From Chiloscyllium plagiosum (lineage: Eukaryota), in NCBI RefSeq assembly GCF_004010195.1, contig NC_057719.1:5472513-5507549 (forward strand): a stretch of 35,037 bases of DNA, in the 5' to 3' direction. Position 1 is the first letter of the stretch. Each line of letters begins with the position of its first letter. The notes under the pieces were generated by a model. That model had not been told where the DNA came from, did not search any database, and saw only the letters and a program-made list of their open reading frames with translations. Position numbers and translations under genes: made by a program. Shown here one piece after another: positions 11,405 to 22,582 of this stretch.

Positions 11405-11609
11405 ACCCTATTATGGGTTGTTTTCCTCCTGAAATGAAAAAATGGCAACTATTATGAGAGATGAAAATGGCTGAAACAGCTGCTACATTTGGTGCAGGTG
11501 GAGAGATATCCTAGGCAAATGAGCAGGCAGCACAGGGGGCATACACAGTTAGTTGTATGGAAGATTAGGGTGAGTAAGAGCAAGTGGAAGTGTTGGTTAA
11601 ACAGGGTCA

Positions 11610-12770
11610 AAGATTTTACAGCACGGAAAAAGGTGCTTCAACCCATCATGACCATCAATATTTGTTTATTCTATTCCCATTTTCCAGCAATTGGCCCATA
11701 ACCTTGGATGTTATGGTGTTTCAAGTGTTCCTCAAAATAATCTTTCAATGTCATGAGGGATTCCACATCTACCAACATTTTAGGCTATGAATTTCAAACA
11801 CTGACGATCCGCTGGGTGTAAAAATAATTTCTCCAATCCCTTTTAAACTTCCTGTTCCTAATCTTAAAACTGAGGCCCCAGGTTAATTGACTCATCTACT
11901 AAGGGGATAAGTTTCTCCCTATCTACCCTGTCTATGTTCTCAGAGCTTTACACACCTCAATCAGACCTCTCCTCAGCCTTCTCTGCTCGAAGAAAAACAG
12001 CCCCAACCCATTTAGTTTCTCTTAAGAACTGAATCGCTCTAGCCCATTTACATTCTGTGAATGTCTTCTGTACCCTCACAAGTATAATGGCATTCTTGCC
12101 ATAACGTGGGGACCTGACTCTACAGAGTACTCCAGCTGTGGCCTAACATTATGCTTCGTTCCATCATAACCTCCTTGGTCTTGTATTCAATGCCTTGACT
12201 AATGAATGCAAGTTTCCTGTATTCTACTTTCTCTAACTGTCCTGCTGCTGTGAGGGATGTGTGGACATGCACAAAAAGGTCCCTCTAATTTTCTGTACTT
12301 CCTGTGGCCCCATCATTGTGTACTCCCTTTATATTTTAGGCCTCCCACAATTTCACTTTTCAGGATTAAATTCCATTTGCCACTGATCTGCTCATCTGAC
12401 CAACCTGTCTTTTTCGTGCTGTCGTGTAAATCTTTTCTCCTCACTATTTACCATGCCACCATTTTTGTGTTAGCTGTGAACTTAGTGATCATACCTCCAG
12501 CATTCATGTCATGGTCATTAATGTACACTACAAACAGAAAGGGACCTAGCCCAAACCATGTTGTATGACACAGGCTTCCAGTCACAATAAGATCCTTTGA
12601 CTATTATTATGTGCTTCTTGTTACAAAGCTAAATTGCACTGGATCCCATGGACTCTTAGCTTCTTAACCACTTTTGTTAGGAGAGAGATTGTCAAAGGCC
12701 TTACTGAAGTCCATGTAGACTATGTCATCTACATTACTCTCATCAACATATCTCAGTCACCTCCTTGAAA
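11610..12770 (-). mobile_element. Old CR1 LINE 3' part
   Basis: CR1-like antisense motifs: cctcagccttctctgctc, agtactccagctgtggcctaac, ggattaaattccatttgccact and caaaggccttactgaagtccatgtagac. Confidence 0.8.
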
Positions 12771-12880
12771 GATATGATGTTTTTCTGTCTCTGCCACTCT
12801 TTGATATTCTCTACCTTTCTGTCATGCACACTCTTTTGCTGTGCAGCAATAGTGTGAAGAATAATTTCATGACTACAGTA

Positions 12881-13088
12881 CAGTCAGTTCTGCTGTAACG
12901 TGCATTTCTTCAACCCGAATTAGTTTTAATTCAGTTGAAGAATTTGGACCATTATTTGTAGACTGCAAACTTTCCTTATTTGTATTGACCAGAACGCAAT
13001 TAGTTTAAACGGCTCTGCTATTGCCTGATTTTCTTATAACGCGAGATCGCACAAGAACAGAACTATTGCTTTACATCAGAACCATCTG
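12881..13088. mobile_element. Tigger/pogo-like (MER6-type) MITE
   Basis: Imperfect TIRs cagtcagttctgctgtaa / ttacatcagaaccatctg, with TA on the left flank (TG on the right) and no ORF. Confidence 0.65.
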
Positions 13089-13454
13089 TGACTTGCATTT
13101 ATATGATGCCTTACCATTGTAAAATATCCCAAGGAGCTTTGAAAACAGTATACAACAACATTTGATACTGACCCACATAAAAAGGGTGTATTGTGTTTGC
13201 ATGACAGAAGTAGGCTTTTTGGCCTAACGGAGCCGTGTTTGTGCTTCCGACCTTTGTCTGATCCACATTACTTGTCATTATTTCCTTCATCCTCATTTGT
13301 TTTTTCTAACTTTCTCTCAAGTTCAACTGTGCTAATTGCCTCAATTACTACTTGTGACTGAGTGTCATTTTCTCATCACTCTTTCTGTTAAAAAGTTCTT
13401 CCTGACTTCACTATTGTATTTACTAGTCCACCAACTTGTGTTTTATGAAATGAA

Positions 13455-13637
13455 TAAAAGCCAGCGGTCTGCAGGGACCGGGAATCAGAAACAAAAGCAG
13501 AAACTGCAGGAAAATCTCAACAAGTCTGGCAGCATCTGTGAGAAAGTGAACTTAACATTTCGGGTTCAGTGATACTTCAGTTCTGAAGAACTGGTTGATA
13601 GTTGCCAGACCTGCTGTGTTTTTCCAGCAGTTTCTGA
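13455..13637. mobile_element. Fold-back PLE terminal repeat, family C, inside an old CR1 remnant
   Basis: cagaaactgcaggaaaatctcaacaagtctggcagc is inverted as gttgccagacctgctgtgtttttccagcagtttctg. The centre reads cttcagttctgaag. Confidence 0.7.
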
Positions 13638-13859
13638 TCCTATATGTTAAGGTCTCCTTTGCAAGGGAAAACTCTCCTCCTTATGTATATCCTAACAAAC
13701 TCTTTTATAATTTTAAGGATGTCTATCTGGCTATTACTTAAAGAAAAGAGCCATTGGATATTGTCATTCGAGATAGGTTTTGCCTCGGTTCTGATATTCT
13801 AGTAAATAATTTTCTAGTAAATAATCCAATGCCTTGGTTCTCTCCTTTACTTGTTTTCA

Positions 13860-14140
13860 AATCACTTCGTGACTTCACTCCTCACTTATCTTCTCCGGCT
13901 TTATAACCCTCTGTGATATGTGTGAATACCTAACACTGGCCACTTGAGAACTCTAATTTTAATTGCTTAGTCATGGATGGTTGTTCCTTCAGCTGCCTAG
14001 TACTTGAGCTCTTGGATTCTAAAGCTTCTTTTTATCTTTTTTCTTTTAAAATGTTCTGTAAAAGCTTTTTACCTTTCTGCTTTTAAGATGTTGTGTAAAA
14101 CATTTAACTTTGACGAAGCATTTGATAGTCTGCTGTAATA
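13860..14140 (+). mobile_element. L2-type 3' end fragment
   Basis: Similar to 2150-2400 (ccttcagctgcct..ctcttggattc..cttttaagatg..tttgacgaagcatttg). Confidence 0.5.
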
Positions 14141-14184
14141 TTGTGTGCTATTATATGAATAGAATAATGGCAACATTGAATCCT

Positions 14185-14372
14185 TGCTGTATCGAAAGAG
14201 ACCTTTTAAGCTCACCAAACCTTCGAAGAGCATCACACCTAAGCCAAACCCCTACCCTGTAACCCTGCATGGGGTTTTTACCATGGCCAATCCAACAACC
14301 TACACATCCCTGGACATTATACAGCATTTCTTTAGGTGTGGCCAACCCACCTAGCCTGTATATCTTTGGACG
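14185..14372 (-). mobile_element. Degenerate HE1-like SINE 3' part
   Basis: ccctgtaaccctgcat..catggccaatcca..cctacacatccctggac..cacctagcctgtatatctttggac is antisense to the HE1 body. Confidence 0.6.
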
Positions 14373-14489
14373 AGAAGTTGTTGTCTAACCAAGTTTAATA
14401 TTTTTTCTATTTTTTCAGCTCTTTTCTTTCAGAATTTGTATTATTTTTGTATGGCCTTTGGTTGATTCTCTACTCCTCCACTCAATCTT

Positions 14490-14572
14490 TTTAAAATTAG
14501 CTTTATTGTCACATTACTCAAATAAGTTCAGTGAAAAGTTTATAAGTTGCCACTTACAGCGCCATCTTAGGT
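14490..14572 (-). mobile_element. Short retroposon tail, same family as 7290-7528
   Basis: The reverse complement reads cctaagatggcgctg..ttttcactg..tgtgacaataaa. Confidence 0.5.
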
Positions 14573-14652
14573 AAGATGGGGTCTCAGCAAGGTTGGAAGC
14601 TACTGGGGTTGTGAAAAGCTGTCACATCTCTCTTTGCTATAGCTGAAAGCTG

Positions 14653-15138
14653 GAGTTATAGAGTCATAGAGATGTACAACAGGGAAACAGACCCTTCAGT
14701 CCATCCCGTCCATGCTGACCAGATATCCCAACCCAATCTAGTCCCACCTGCCAGCAGCCAGCCCATATCCCTCCAAACCCTTTCTAATCATATACCCATC
14801 CAAATGCCTCTTAAATGTTGAAATTGTCCCAGCCTCCACCACTTCCTCTGGCAGCTCATTCCATACACATACTATCCTCTGCGTGAAAACGTTGCTCCTT
14901 AGGTTTCTTTTATATCTTTCCCCTCTCACTCTAAACCTATGCCCTGTAGTTCTGGACTCCCCGACCCGAGGGAAAAGACTTTGCCTATTTACCCTATCCA
15001 TGCCTCTCATAATTTTGTAACCTCTAGATGGTCACCCCTCAGCTTCTGACAGTCCAGGGAAAACAGCCCCAGCCTGTTCAGCCTCTCCCTATAGGTCAAA
15101 TCCTCCAACCCTGGCAACATCCTGGTAAATCTTTTCTG
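14653..15138 (-). mobile_element. CR1/HER1 LINE 3' end
   Basis: ORF 14738..15010 is closely similar to ORF 5292..5588, and the tail atagagtcatagag is present. Confidence 0.93.
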
Positions 15139-15149
15139 TCTCAGTCAGA

Positions 15150-15958
15150 TTTCAGAGAAAGTGAGGACTGCAGATGCTTGAGGGTCATAGTCAAAAATGT
15201 GGCACTGGAAAAGCCAGTCAGGCAACATCCGAAGAGCGGGAGAGTCGACCTTTCAGGAATGTGGAGGGGGAAGGGGACTGAGAGATAAATTGAGGGGTAG
15301 GGCTGGGGGAAGGCAATAGGTGGATGCAGGTGGGGGGCAATTGTGATAGTTTAGTGGAGAGGGTGGAGCAGATAGGTGGGAAAGAAGATGGGCAGGTCAA
15401 AAAGGTGGTGATGAGTTGAGTGTTGGATCTAGGATGAGGTGGGTATGGGGAGATTTGGAAACTAGTGAAGTCAGTGTTGATGCCGTGTAGTTGTAGGGTC
15501 CCAAAGCAAAAGTTGAGGCTTCCTTCCTCCATTTGGAGGATGGTTTTGATTTGGCGGTGGAGGAGGCCCAGGACTTGCATGTCCTTGGTGGAGTGGGAGT
15601 CGGAGGGGGAGTTGAAGTGGTTGGCCACAGTTCGGTGGGGTTGTCTGGTGCGTGTGTCCCAGAGATGTTGCCTGACTGCTCTGCAAGTTGGCATCCTGTC
15701 TCCCTGATGTAGAGGAGACCACATCAAGAGCAACCAACACAGTAGATGAGGTGGGTGGGTGTGCGGAAAATCTCCACCATCTCTCCATCCTCCTTCCCAT
15801 CTACCTGCCCCCAAGCCCTACCCCCACCCCTCTATTTATCTCTCAGAACCATTCTCCCTCCACATTCCTGATGAAGGGCTTATGCCCAAAACATTGATTC
15901 TCCTGCTCTTTGGATGCTGCCTGACCTGTTGTGCTTTTTCAATGCCACACTTTTCGAG
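15150..15958 (-). mobile_element. PLE family A, GIY-YIG 3' fragment with an inverted second terminal repeat
   Basis: ORF 15218..15814 HLWDTRTRQPHRTVANHFNSP..DMQVLGLLH matches ORF 32546..33343. 15780-15958 is the terminal repeat in the opposite (+) orientation, with ctgatga at 15868. Confidence 0.88.
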
Positions 15959-16362
15959 TCTGTCAAATTTAGCCCTGTTTGCACGAGTATTGCCTCATAC
16001 TTGTCAATATTGGAGTTTATTTGCTGAATATGTGCCAATTCTGCAAGCTTGTTGATGATTTTCTGTATTGTATTCTGTATAGACCTATATTAGTTACTGT
16101 TCCGAATTTGCTTTTGCCTGAAAATTTTGAAATTGTGCCGTAGTTCATGAATCCAGTACCGTAAATGGTGAGCAAAGTGGTCCCAGCAGCAGAGCATTAC
16201 TTCCCAACTCCCCAGTCTGAGTAACTGTCTTTAACTCCTGGCCTCTTCTGTTTTTCATATGTAGTATGTTTTCTATACAACCTATTATTTTTTCTATGAC
16301 CTTACATCATTTGGGTTTAGTCCTAAGTCTAATGTACAGTATCTTACAGTATTTTATGTATT

Positions 16363-16520
16363 AAAATAAAACAAAGAACTGCGATTGCTGAAGATCTGAA
16401 ACAAAAACAATTGCTCGAGAAACTCAGCAGAACGAAGAGTCACTGGACTCAAAATGTTAACTCTGCTTTCTCTCAAGATTCTGCCAGATTTGCTGAGATT
16501 TTCCAGCAATTTCTATTTGA
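16363..16520. mobile_element. Fold-back PLE terminal repeat, family C
   Basis: aattgctcgagaaactcagca is inverted as tgctgagattttccagcaatt. It contains stem II gagtc-actg-gactc followed by aaaa-tgtt-aac. Confidence 0.75.
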
Positions 16521-16694
16521 CTACCTTATCAAAGGCCTTTGACAAATCCAAATGTATTACATCTTTTATATTATCTTTGTTGCTCCATTCTGTTTGTTAT
16601 TCAAAGAATTTTGCAAGATTGGTCAAGTGTAATCTTGTAAACCAGTAGTCTATTATATTAACGGTTTCTTGGTATATTTCTGTTGTGCCATATA

Positions 16695-17390
16695 CAGTGG
16701 AAACTCGATTATCTGAACGAGATGGGCAGGCACTATTTCGTTTGGGTAATCGATTATTCGATTAATCGATTAAATGCCTTTTCTCTGGGGCTCGGAGCTT
16801 TTAAAGTCTGCTCCCTGTTCAGGAGACTAGCAGCACAGCGTGTGAGGCCCCGTCCCCCACCCCCCAACCTGGTCCAAACCCGCCCCCTGACCCCCAGCAC
16901 AAAGTGTGCAATCCCCCACCCCAAACACAGCCCCTCGCCACCCCCACCACTCTACCCACCCCGGCCCTTCTCCAGGGCAAACCGGACTGCACACCAACAA
17001 TAAGGCTGCTGCTGCAGCTGCCTCTGTGGGGTAAGTCTCCAAAAATGCACAGATACAATCACAGCCACAGCCACAGTCTTTTTACTGCAAATTTCTAACA
17101 GGTCCCATGTTTGCCCTGCACAGGACAATGTTAGAGAGATTATTCCTGGGAAGCGGTGGCGGGGGTGGTGTTAGGGTACACCCCTCTGTAGAACTCCAGG
17201 GAATGTGTGGGGAGACAGAGACGGCAGGCAGTCAGTCATTTGGACGCAGTGCCTGTTTAACCACTGTAAACAAAAGATGCGATCACTATTGGAAACGTCT
17301 TCGATGTAATGTTTCTATCGGGATCTTGAGATCTCCTTCGGATAATCCGATTTTTGGATAAATGGTATTCGGATAATCAAGGCTCCCCTG
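16695..17390. mobile_element. Tigger/pogo-like non-autonomous DNA transposon (MITE)
   Basis: 23-bp imperfect TIRs cagtggaaactcgattatctgaa / ttcggataatcaaggctcccctg, TA on both flanks, and subterminal ggataatc-type repeats. Confidence 0.85.
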
Positions 17391-17957
17391 TAGCAAGGAT
17401 GGCATTATCTTTCCTACTTTTGACATTAAGCTAATTTGTCTGTTGTGGTTCCCTGGATTTATTCCATTTCCGTATTTAAATGTAGCAATTACATTAGCCA
17501 TTCATTAGTCCCAGGCATTATTTCCTTTTCTCCAACATGCTTTGAATCTAAATGCCTTTATGATGGAACAGTGTAGCAGAAGTGAAGGAAACAAAACGAA
17601 GCAAATCATGAACTCTGAATCCCTCTATTTTGTGGGACATCCTGCTCCATGTGCCTAAAGAGAATCAATCTGTTTAGACACATGAAGACCCTGACAGAAA
17701 CCCATGACCCTGAATACATGTCATCGTTGAATCAACGAACAGCTGATATCTAATGCCTCTACTATCTCTTCGTAACTTTTAATATGCATGGAAACTCCAT
17801 CCAGACCAGGGTACTCTTTTTCCAAACTTTGGTTTATCTTTTTGCCTCTCTTTTTATTTAAATGGTTTTATCTTTTATGATCCTCCAGTTAGTACAGGTG
17901 AGCCAAAATTTAGTCAGGAAACTGCAGCAAAAAAGATAACAGTAGACAGACGGAGAG

Positions 17958-18197
17958 ATAGAACATAGAACATAGAACAATACAGCACAGAACATGCCCT
18001 TCGGCCCACGATGTTGTGCCGAACATTTGTCCTAGCTTAAGCACCCATCCATGTACCTATCCAATTGCCACTTAAAGTTCGCCAGTGATTCTGACTCTGC
18101 CACTCCCACAGGCAGCGCATTCCATGCCCCCACCACTCTCTGGGTAAAGAACCTACCCCTGACGTTTCCCCTATACCTTCCACCCTTCACCTTAAAC
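17958..18197 (-). mobile_element. CR1 3' end with (catagaa)n tail
   Basis: atagaacatagaacatagaac followed by gcccttcggcccacgatgttgtgccg and cattccatgcccccaccactctctgggtaaa. Confidence 0.85.
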
Positions 18198-18626
18198 AGG
18201 AAATTTCAGAGCCTTGAGCAGAGATAGTAGAAAGCATTGTCTCAAATGATGGAGAATTGCAAAAAAGGAATGCGTGAGAAACCAAACTTGGAGAAGCGTG
18301 GAAATTACAGAGGTTTAAAGGAAATTTCAGAGATGGGGAGAGAGAAGTTAAGATTTCAAAACCAAGAAATTTACAGTTGAGTTGCTTGACTTGAAACCTT
18401 GAGCACAGGGGTGAAATTGAATGGTATTGAATGCTATTTGGAATGCAGACAGTGACATTTTGGTTGAGCTTAAATTTATGTAGCTTGGAAGGCAGAGACC
18501 ATCAGGAAAGTTCATTTGGAATAGTCCAGTTTAAAGATATTATGTACAGGTAAGAGTTTCAGCAGCAGTTCAGTTGAGACAAGATCACTTTTGGCTGAAA
18601 TAGAAGTGGAACTAGTTGTTCTTGTT

Positions 18627-18941
18627 GATTAGATTAGATTAGATTCCCTACAGTGTGGAAACAGGCCATTCGGCCCAACAAGTCCACACCGACCCTCTGA
18701 AGAGCAACCCAGCCAGACCCATTCCCCTACATTCACCCCTGACTAATGCACCTAACAGTACGGGCAATTTAGCATAGTCAATTCACCTAACCTGCACATC
18801 TTTGGACTGTGGGAGGAAACCAGAGGAAACCCACACAGACACGGGGAGAATGTGCACACTCCACACAGACAGTTGCCCGAGGCAGGAATTGAACCTGGGT
18901 CCCTGGCGAGGCAGCAGTGCTAACCACTGAGTCACCGTGCC
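18627..18941 (-). mobile_element. HE1-type V-SINE, full length
   Basis: The minus strand reads ggcacggtgactcagtggttagcactgctgcctc..ggttcaattcc, then the V-domain and a (taatc)n tail. Confidence 0.93.
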
Positions 18942-19076
18942 ATTCATGTTGTCAACAAGCCATGTAGTTAAGTAGGACTGGAAAATTATAAATGGTTTGG
19001 TTCAGCTGCTCAAATAGCGACCAGGAAGAATCCGTGTCAGCCGCAGGAAGTGAAGTTTCTGGTGGGGACTGAAGTA

Positions 19077-19380
19077 CTGTATGTACTCGAGAAGTCGATC
19101 TCATGTAAAAGTTGACCCCTTATTTTGGCCAAAAAATCTGGAATTTCCCACAATTATCTTGTGTAAAAGTCGACCCCAGTTCTTCACAGACAACAGATCA
19201 ACGTTCTTTATTTCTTTATTCTTTTTGAGATCAGTTGGGTTTCTGTTAATTTAGACAATATTTTGGACTGTCATATGCATTTCAGCCCCTCAAAAATAGT
19301 AGCCATGTAATAGTCGACCCCATAAATTTAACCTTTAGAAAGTAGTCTAAACAATTTGACTTTTACACAAGTATATGCTT
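19077..19380. mobile_element. Tc1/mariner (Tc2-like) MITE
   Basis: Ends ctgtatgtactcgagaagtcga / ttgacttttacacaagtatatg are imperfect inverted repeats with TA flanks. There are three internal tgtaa(a/t)agt(c/t)gacccc repeats. Confidence 0.65.
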
Positions 19381-20317
19381 TAAGTGACCTTAGAGTTCCC
19401 AATATTTAGTTGGAGGAGATTTTTGGTTATCCAATATTGGCTGTCAGACAAATTGTAAAATTACAAAGTGAAAAGGTTGAGAGAAGTGATGATGAAATGG
19501 AACACATATTGTCTGTAGAATCTGAAGTTATATTCTTGGATGATGCTGTCAAGTTGCAGCAAGAAAATGACAAATAATCAGAGACCAAAAATAGTTCCTT
19601 GGGTTGGGGGATTCCAGAGGCAATGTTGTAAGAATGGTAAGTGAAGCTACATGCTTCAATTGTTTGCGGAACAAATGGAACCAAAATAGAATAGTTTCTA
19701 AAGTGGACAATAGAGAAAATGGTTTGGAGGGAGTAGTATGATCGACCTTATCAAGCATTGTGAAAAGGAAGAGATTGATGGGGGGGTGGATATGTCAATG
19801 GATTCCATGTCTATAGTGAAGGGAAGGCAGCTGGAGCCTGTCAACTGGAAATTCTGAAACAGACAAAGTGTCAGAAGAATCTTGGATAGAAGTGGGGAAG
19901 GATTGGACAAGGACAGAAAAAAATGTCAAGTTGAGGTAGAAAGAGATCAGACGGAAACAATGGATCTTCCTGGGCAGCTCTGTTTATAGATTTTGGGAAG
20001 GCGATAGAAGTGGGACTGTGAGCTTGGAGGCAGTGAAGGGAGATCACCAAATGAAATGAGATTAGTGATCATTGTGTATACAATAGCCTGGTGTTCAGTG
20101 GTAGGATTATGGTCATCACCTCCAGGAGATGAGCGGAAGTGTCAGAGAGCTGGCGCTTATCCTCCACAATGACATGGTCAGTATGTCAGATAACAACAGC
20201 ATCACTGTTATCAACAGGCTTAATTAAAAGTCAGGGTTGGATCTGAGAGCACCGAGTGCATTCTGTTCAGAAGGAGATACGTTTGAATGGGTAAGGAGGG
20301 GGCAGAGAAATTGAGGT

Positions 20318-20394
20318 CTTTTGCCCGAAACGTCGATTTTGCTGCTCGTCGGATGCTGCCTGAATTGCTGTGCTCTTCCAGCACCACTGATCCA
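20318..20394 (+). mobile_element. Solo PLE terminal-repeat fragment, family A, with 17-bp TSD
   Basis: ggcagagaaattgaggt occurs at 20301-20317 and 20395-20411. The insert begins cttttgcccgaaacgtcga. Confidence 0.88.
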
Positions 20395-20904
20395 GGCAGA
20401 GAAATTGAGGTAACCAATGTCACTTCAACAGTTCTCGATGAACAGCTTGAGTGCAGACAAAAGATCAGAGAGAGGGGTCCGGGTGGAAGAGAGTATTGGA
20501 GGTGAGTAAAGGCATCTGTGGGACGGGGAGAGGATTGTTGTCCAAGAAATAGAACAGAGGTGGCAATGCAAAAAAGGTTCAGTGTCATGTCATGCATGAA
20601 ATTCATTGAAGTGGGGGCTCAGGAAGATAAAACTAAGACCTTTGCTGAGCACAGAATGTTTAGCATCAGAGAATGGAATGATAATTAATACATGACAGGA
20701 AGTAGGGTTAGGCAAGGGGATGAAGTCAGAGGGAAGGGCAGGGGAAGAAGATTCCAGAGGAGCATGAGTATCGTGCATTCCTTAATGCCTGCAAGGAAAA
20801 GAAAATTTATTTTTAGAATGTCAAATGAGCCAGAAGATGAAGTAGATTGGGGGTAGGTCAGCTCTGAACCAACGTGAGGGCATGCTGATGGAGAGTGATA
20901 GAGA

Positions 20905-22108
20905 GAGTGTTATAGAGTCAAACAGCATGGAAACAAACCCTTTGTTCCAACTCATCCATGCTGACCTAGTTTCCTCAACTGAACTTGTCCAATTTGCCTG
21001 TTTTTGGCCGGTATCCCTCTGTACCTTTCTTAACCATGTATCTCTCCAAATGTCTTTTAAATGTTGCATTTGTACTTGCCTCTACCACTTTCACTGGCAA
21101 CTTGTTCCATATACATACCACCTTCTGTGTTAAAAAGTCGCTTCTCAGATTCCTTTTAAATCTTACCCCTCTCACCTTAAACCTATTAGAAAGCGAGGAC
21201 TGCAGATGCTGGAGATCAGAGTCGAGAGTGTGGTGCTGGAAACACAGCAGCTCTCCTACTCCTCGGATGCTGCCTCATCTTAAACCTATGCCCTTTAGCT
21301 TCAGACTTCCCTACCCCGGGGAAAAGACCATAGCTATTCACCTTATCTATTTCTCTCATGATTTTATAAACCTCATAAGGTCAGCCTATGCTCCAGGAAA
21401 AAAGTCTCAGCCTATTCAGCCTCTCCTTATAACTCAAACCCTCCAGTCTTGGTAATATCCTTGTCAATTTTCTTTACACCCTTTCCACTTCAGTAACATC
21501 GTTCCTATGGCAGGGTACTCCGAACGTGGCTTTACCATTGTCTTGTACAGCTGTAGCATGACATCCCAACTCCTATACTCTGTGCTCTAACCAATGAAGA
21601 CAAATATGCCAAATGTCGTCTTCATCACCCTGTCTACCTGAGATGTCACTTTCAAAGAACCTATACCTGTATCATTGGGTCTCTCTGTTTGACAACATTC
21701 CATAAGGCCCTACCATTAACTGTGTAAGTCCTGCCCTGGTTTGTCTTACCAAAATTCAACACCTTGCACTTATCTGAATTAAACTCCATCTGTCATTCCT
21801 TAGCCCACTGGCTCAGTTGATCGAGAACTCATTGTACTCTTAGTAAATCTTTTCTGCTGTCCACTATATCACCAATTTTGGTGTCATCTGCAAACTTACT
21901 AACCAGGCCTCCCAAATTCTTATCCAAATCATTTATGTAAATGACAACAACAGTGGACCCAGCACCAGTCCTTGAAGCACATCGCTGGTCACAGGCCTCA
22001 AGTCTGAATGATAATCCTCTGCCACCACCCTCTGTTTCCTGCTGTCGAGCCAATTAGCTAGCTCTCCATGGATCTCATATGATCAAACCTTATTAACCAG
22101 TCTACCAG
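20905..22108 (-). mobile_element. CR1 LINE, RT to 3' tail
   Basis: ORF 21829..22053 contains IYINDLDKNLGGLVSKFADDTKIG, and ORF 20975..21175 matches the CR1 C-terminus. Confidence 0.92.
21187..21273. mobile_element. Short bipartite (inverted) family A PLE terminal fragment with 16-bp TSD
   Basis: ctcaccttaaacctat (21171-21186) / ctcatcttaaacctat (21274-21289). The insert switches strand at about 21250. Confidence 0.82.
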
Positions 22109-22582
22109 GTCAAGAGTGTGCATATGATGACGCACGGACTGAGTGTGGATCTCAGACTGCAATGAGGAACGTTGTCTGAGGAACGTAGTACATCTTGGAG
22201 ATAACCTATGATCCTGGATGTATTCAAAACACGAAGGACACACCTTCATTTGGAATCCACGTAGGGTGAGACTACTGAGAGAGTCACATGATGTGGTTGC
22301 GGAAGTGAATTTTAGCATAAATTTTGTCAGACCCCAGACGTGACAGTGAAAGTTGTAATGGTGAATAAGAAAAGAGATTAGAATGGGAGTCCTGTTGCAG
22401 AGAGGAGCAGAACAAAAGAAACAAAGAATTGTGAATGCTGGAAATAAAAAACAAAAACAGAGATTGCTGGAAAAACTCTGCAGGTCTGGCAGTATCTGTG
22501 CAGAGAAAGCAGAGTTAACGTTTCTGGTCAGAAATCAAGAGTGAAAGTAATCAATGAATACATCAATGCTTAATGCCTCTAG

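Larger units (their letters stand above)
15960..17830 (-). mobile_element. Highly decayed CR1 remnant, interrupted by younger inserts
   Basis: Antisense CR1 motifs: ccttatcaaaggcctttgacaaatccaaat, tcaaagaattttgcaagattggtcaag, ttaagctaatttgtctgttgtggttccctgg and atccagaccagg. Confidence 0.55.
18198..19770 (-). mobile_element. Degenerate L2 LINE hosting an HE1 SINE and a MITE
   Basis: Minus-strand relics AAETL...KLDYS (about 18515-18570), PQGTIFG.L (about 19580-19620) and DKVDHT (about 19735-19755). Confidence 0.65.
19770..22530 (-). mobile_element. Old PLE, family C: terminal repeat, ORF N-terminus and RT N-terminal half, interrupted by CR1 and family A inserts
   Basis: Terminal repeat at 22410-22530, RGFQMK..PSCFE..RHHMHTLD (22110-22300), FSDAKHSVLSKGLSF..PHFNEFHA (20590-20680), and FQNFQL.G...LPFTIDMESI (RT motif A region, 19790-19860). 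Confidence 0.75.

Noticed and set aside
14395..14440. Strong-looking splice acceptors (ttttttcag, tttctttcag)
   Set aside because: There is no convincing downstream donor or coding signal, and T-rich tracts are common here.
16683..17361. Pro/Gly-rich ORFs as a gene
   Set aside because: They lie inside a TIR-bounded MITE and reflect low-complexity C/G runs.
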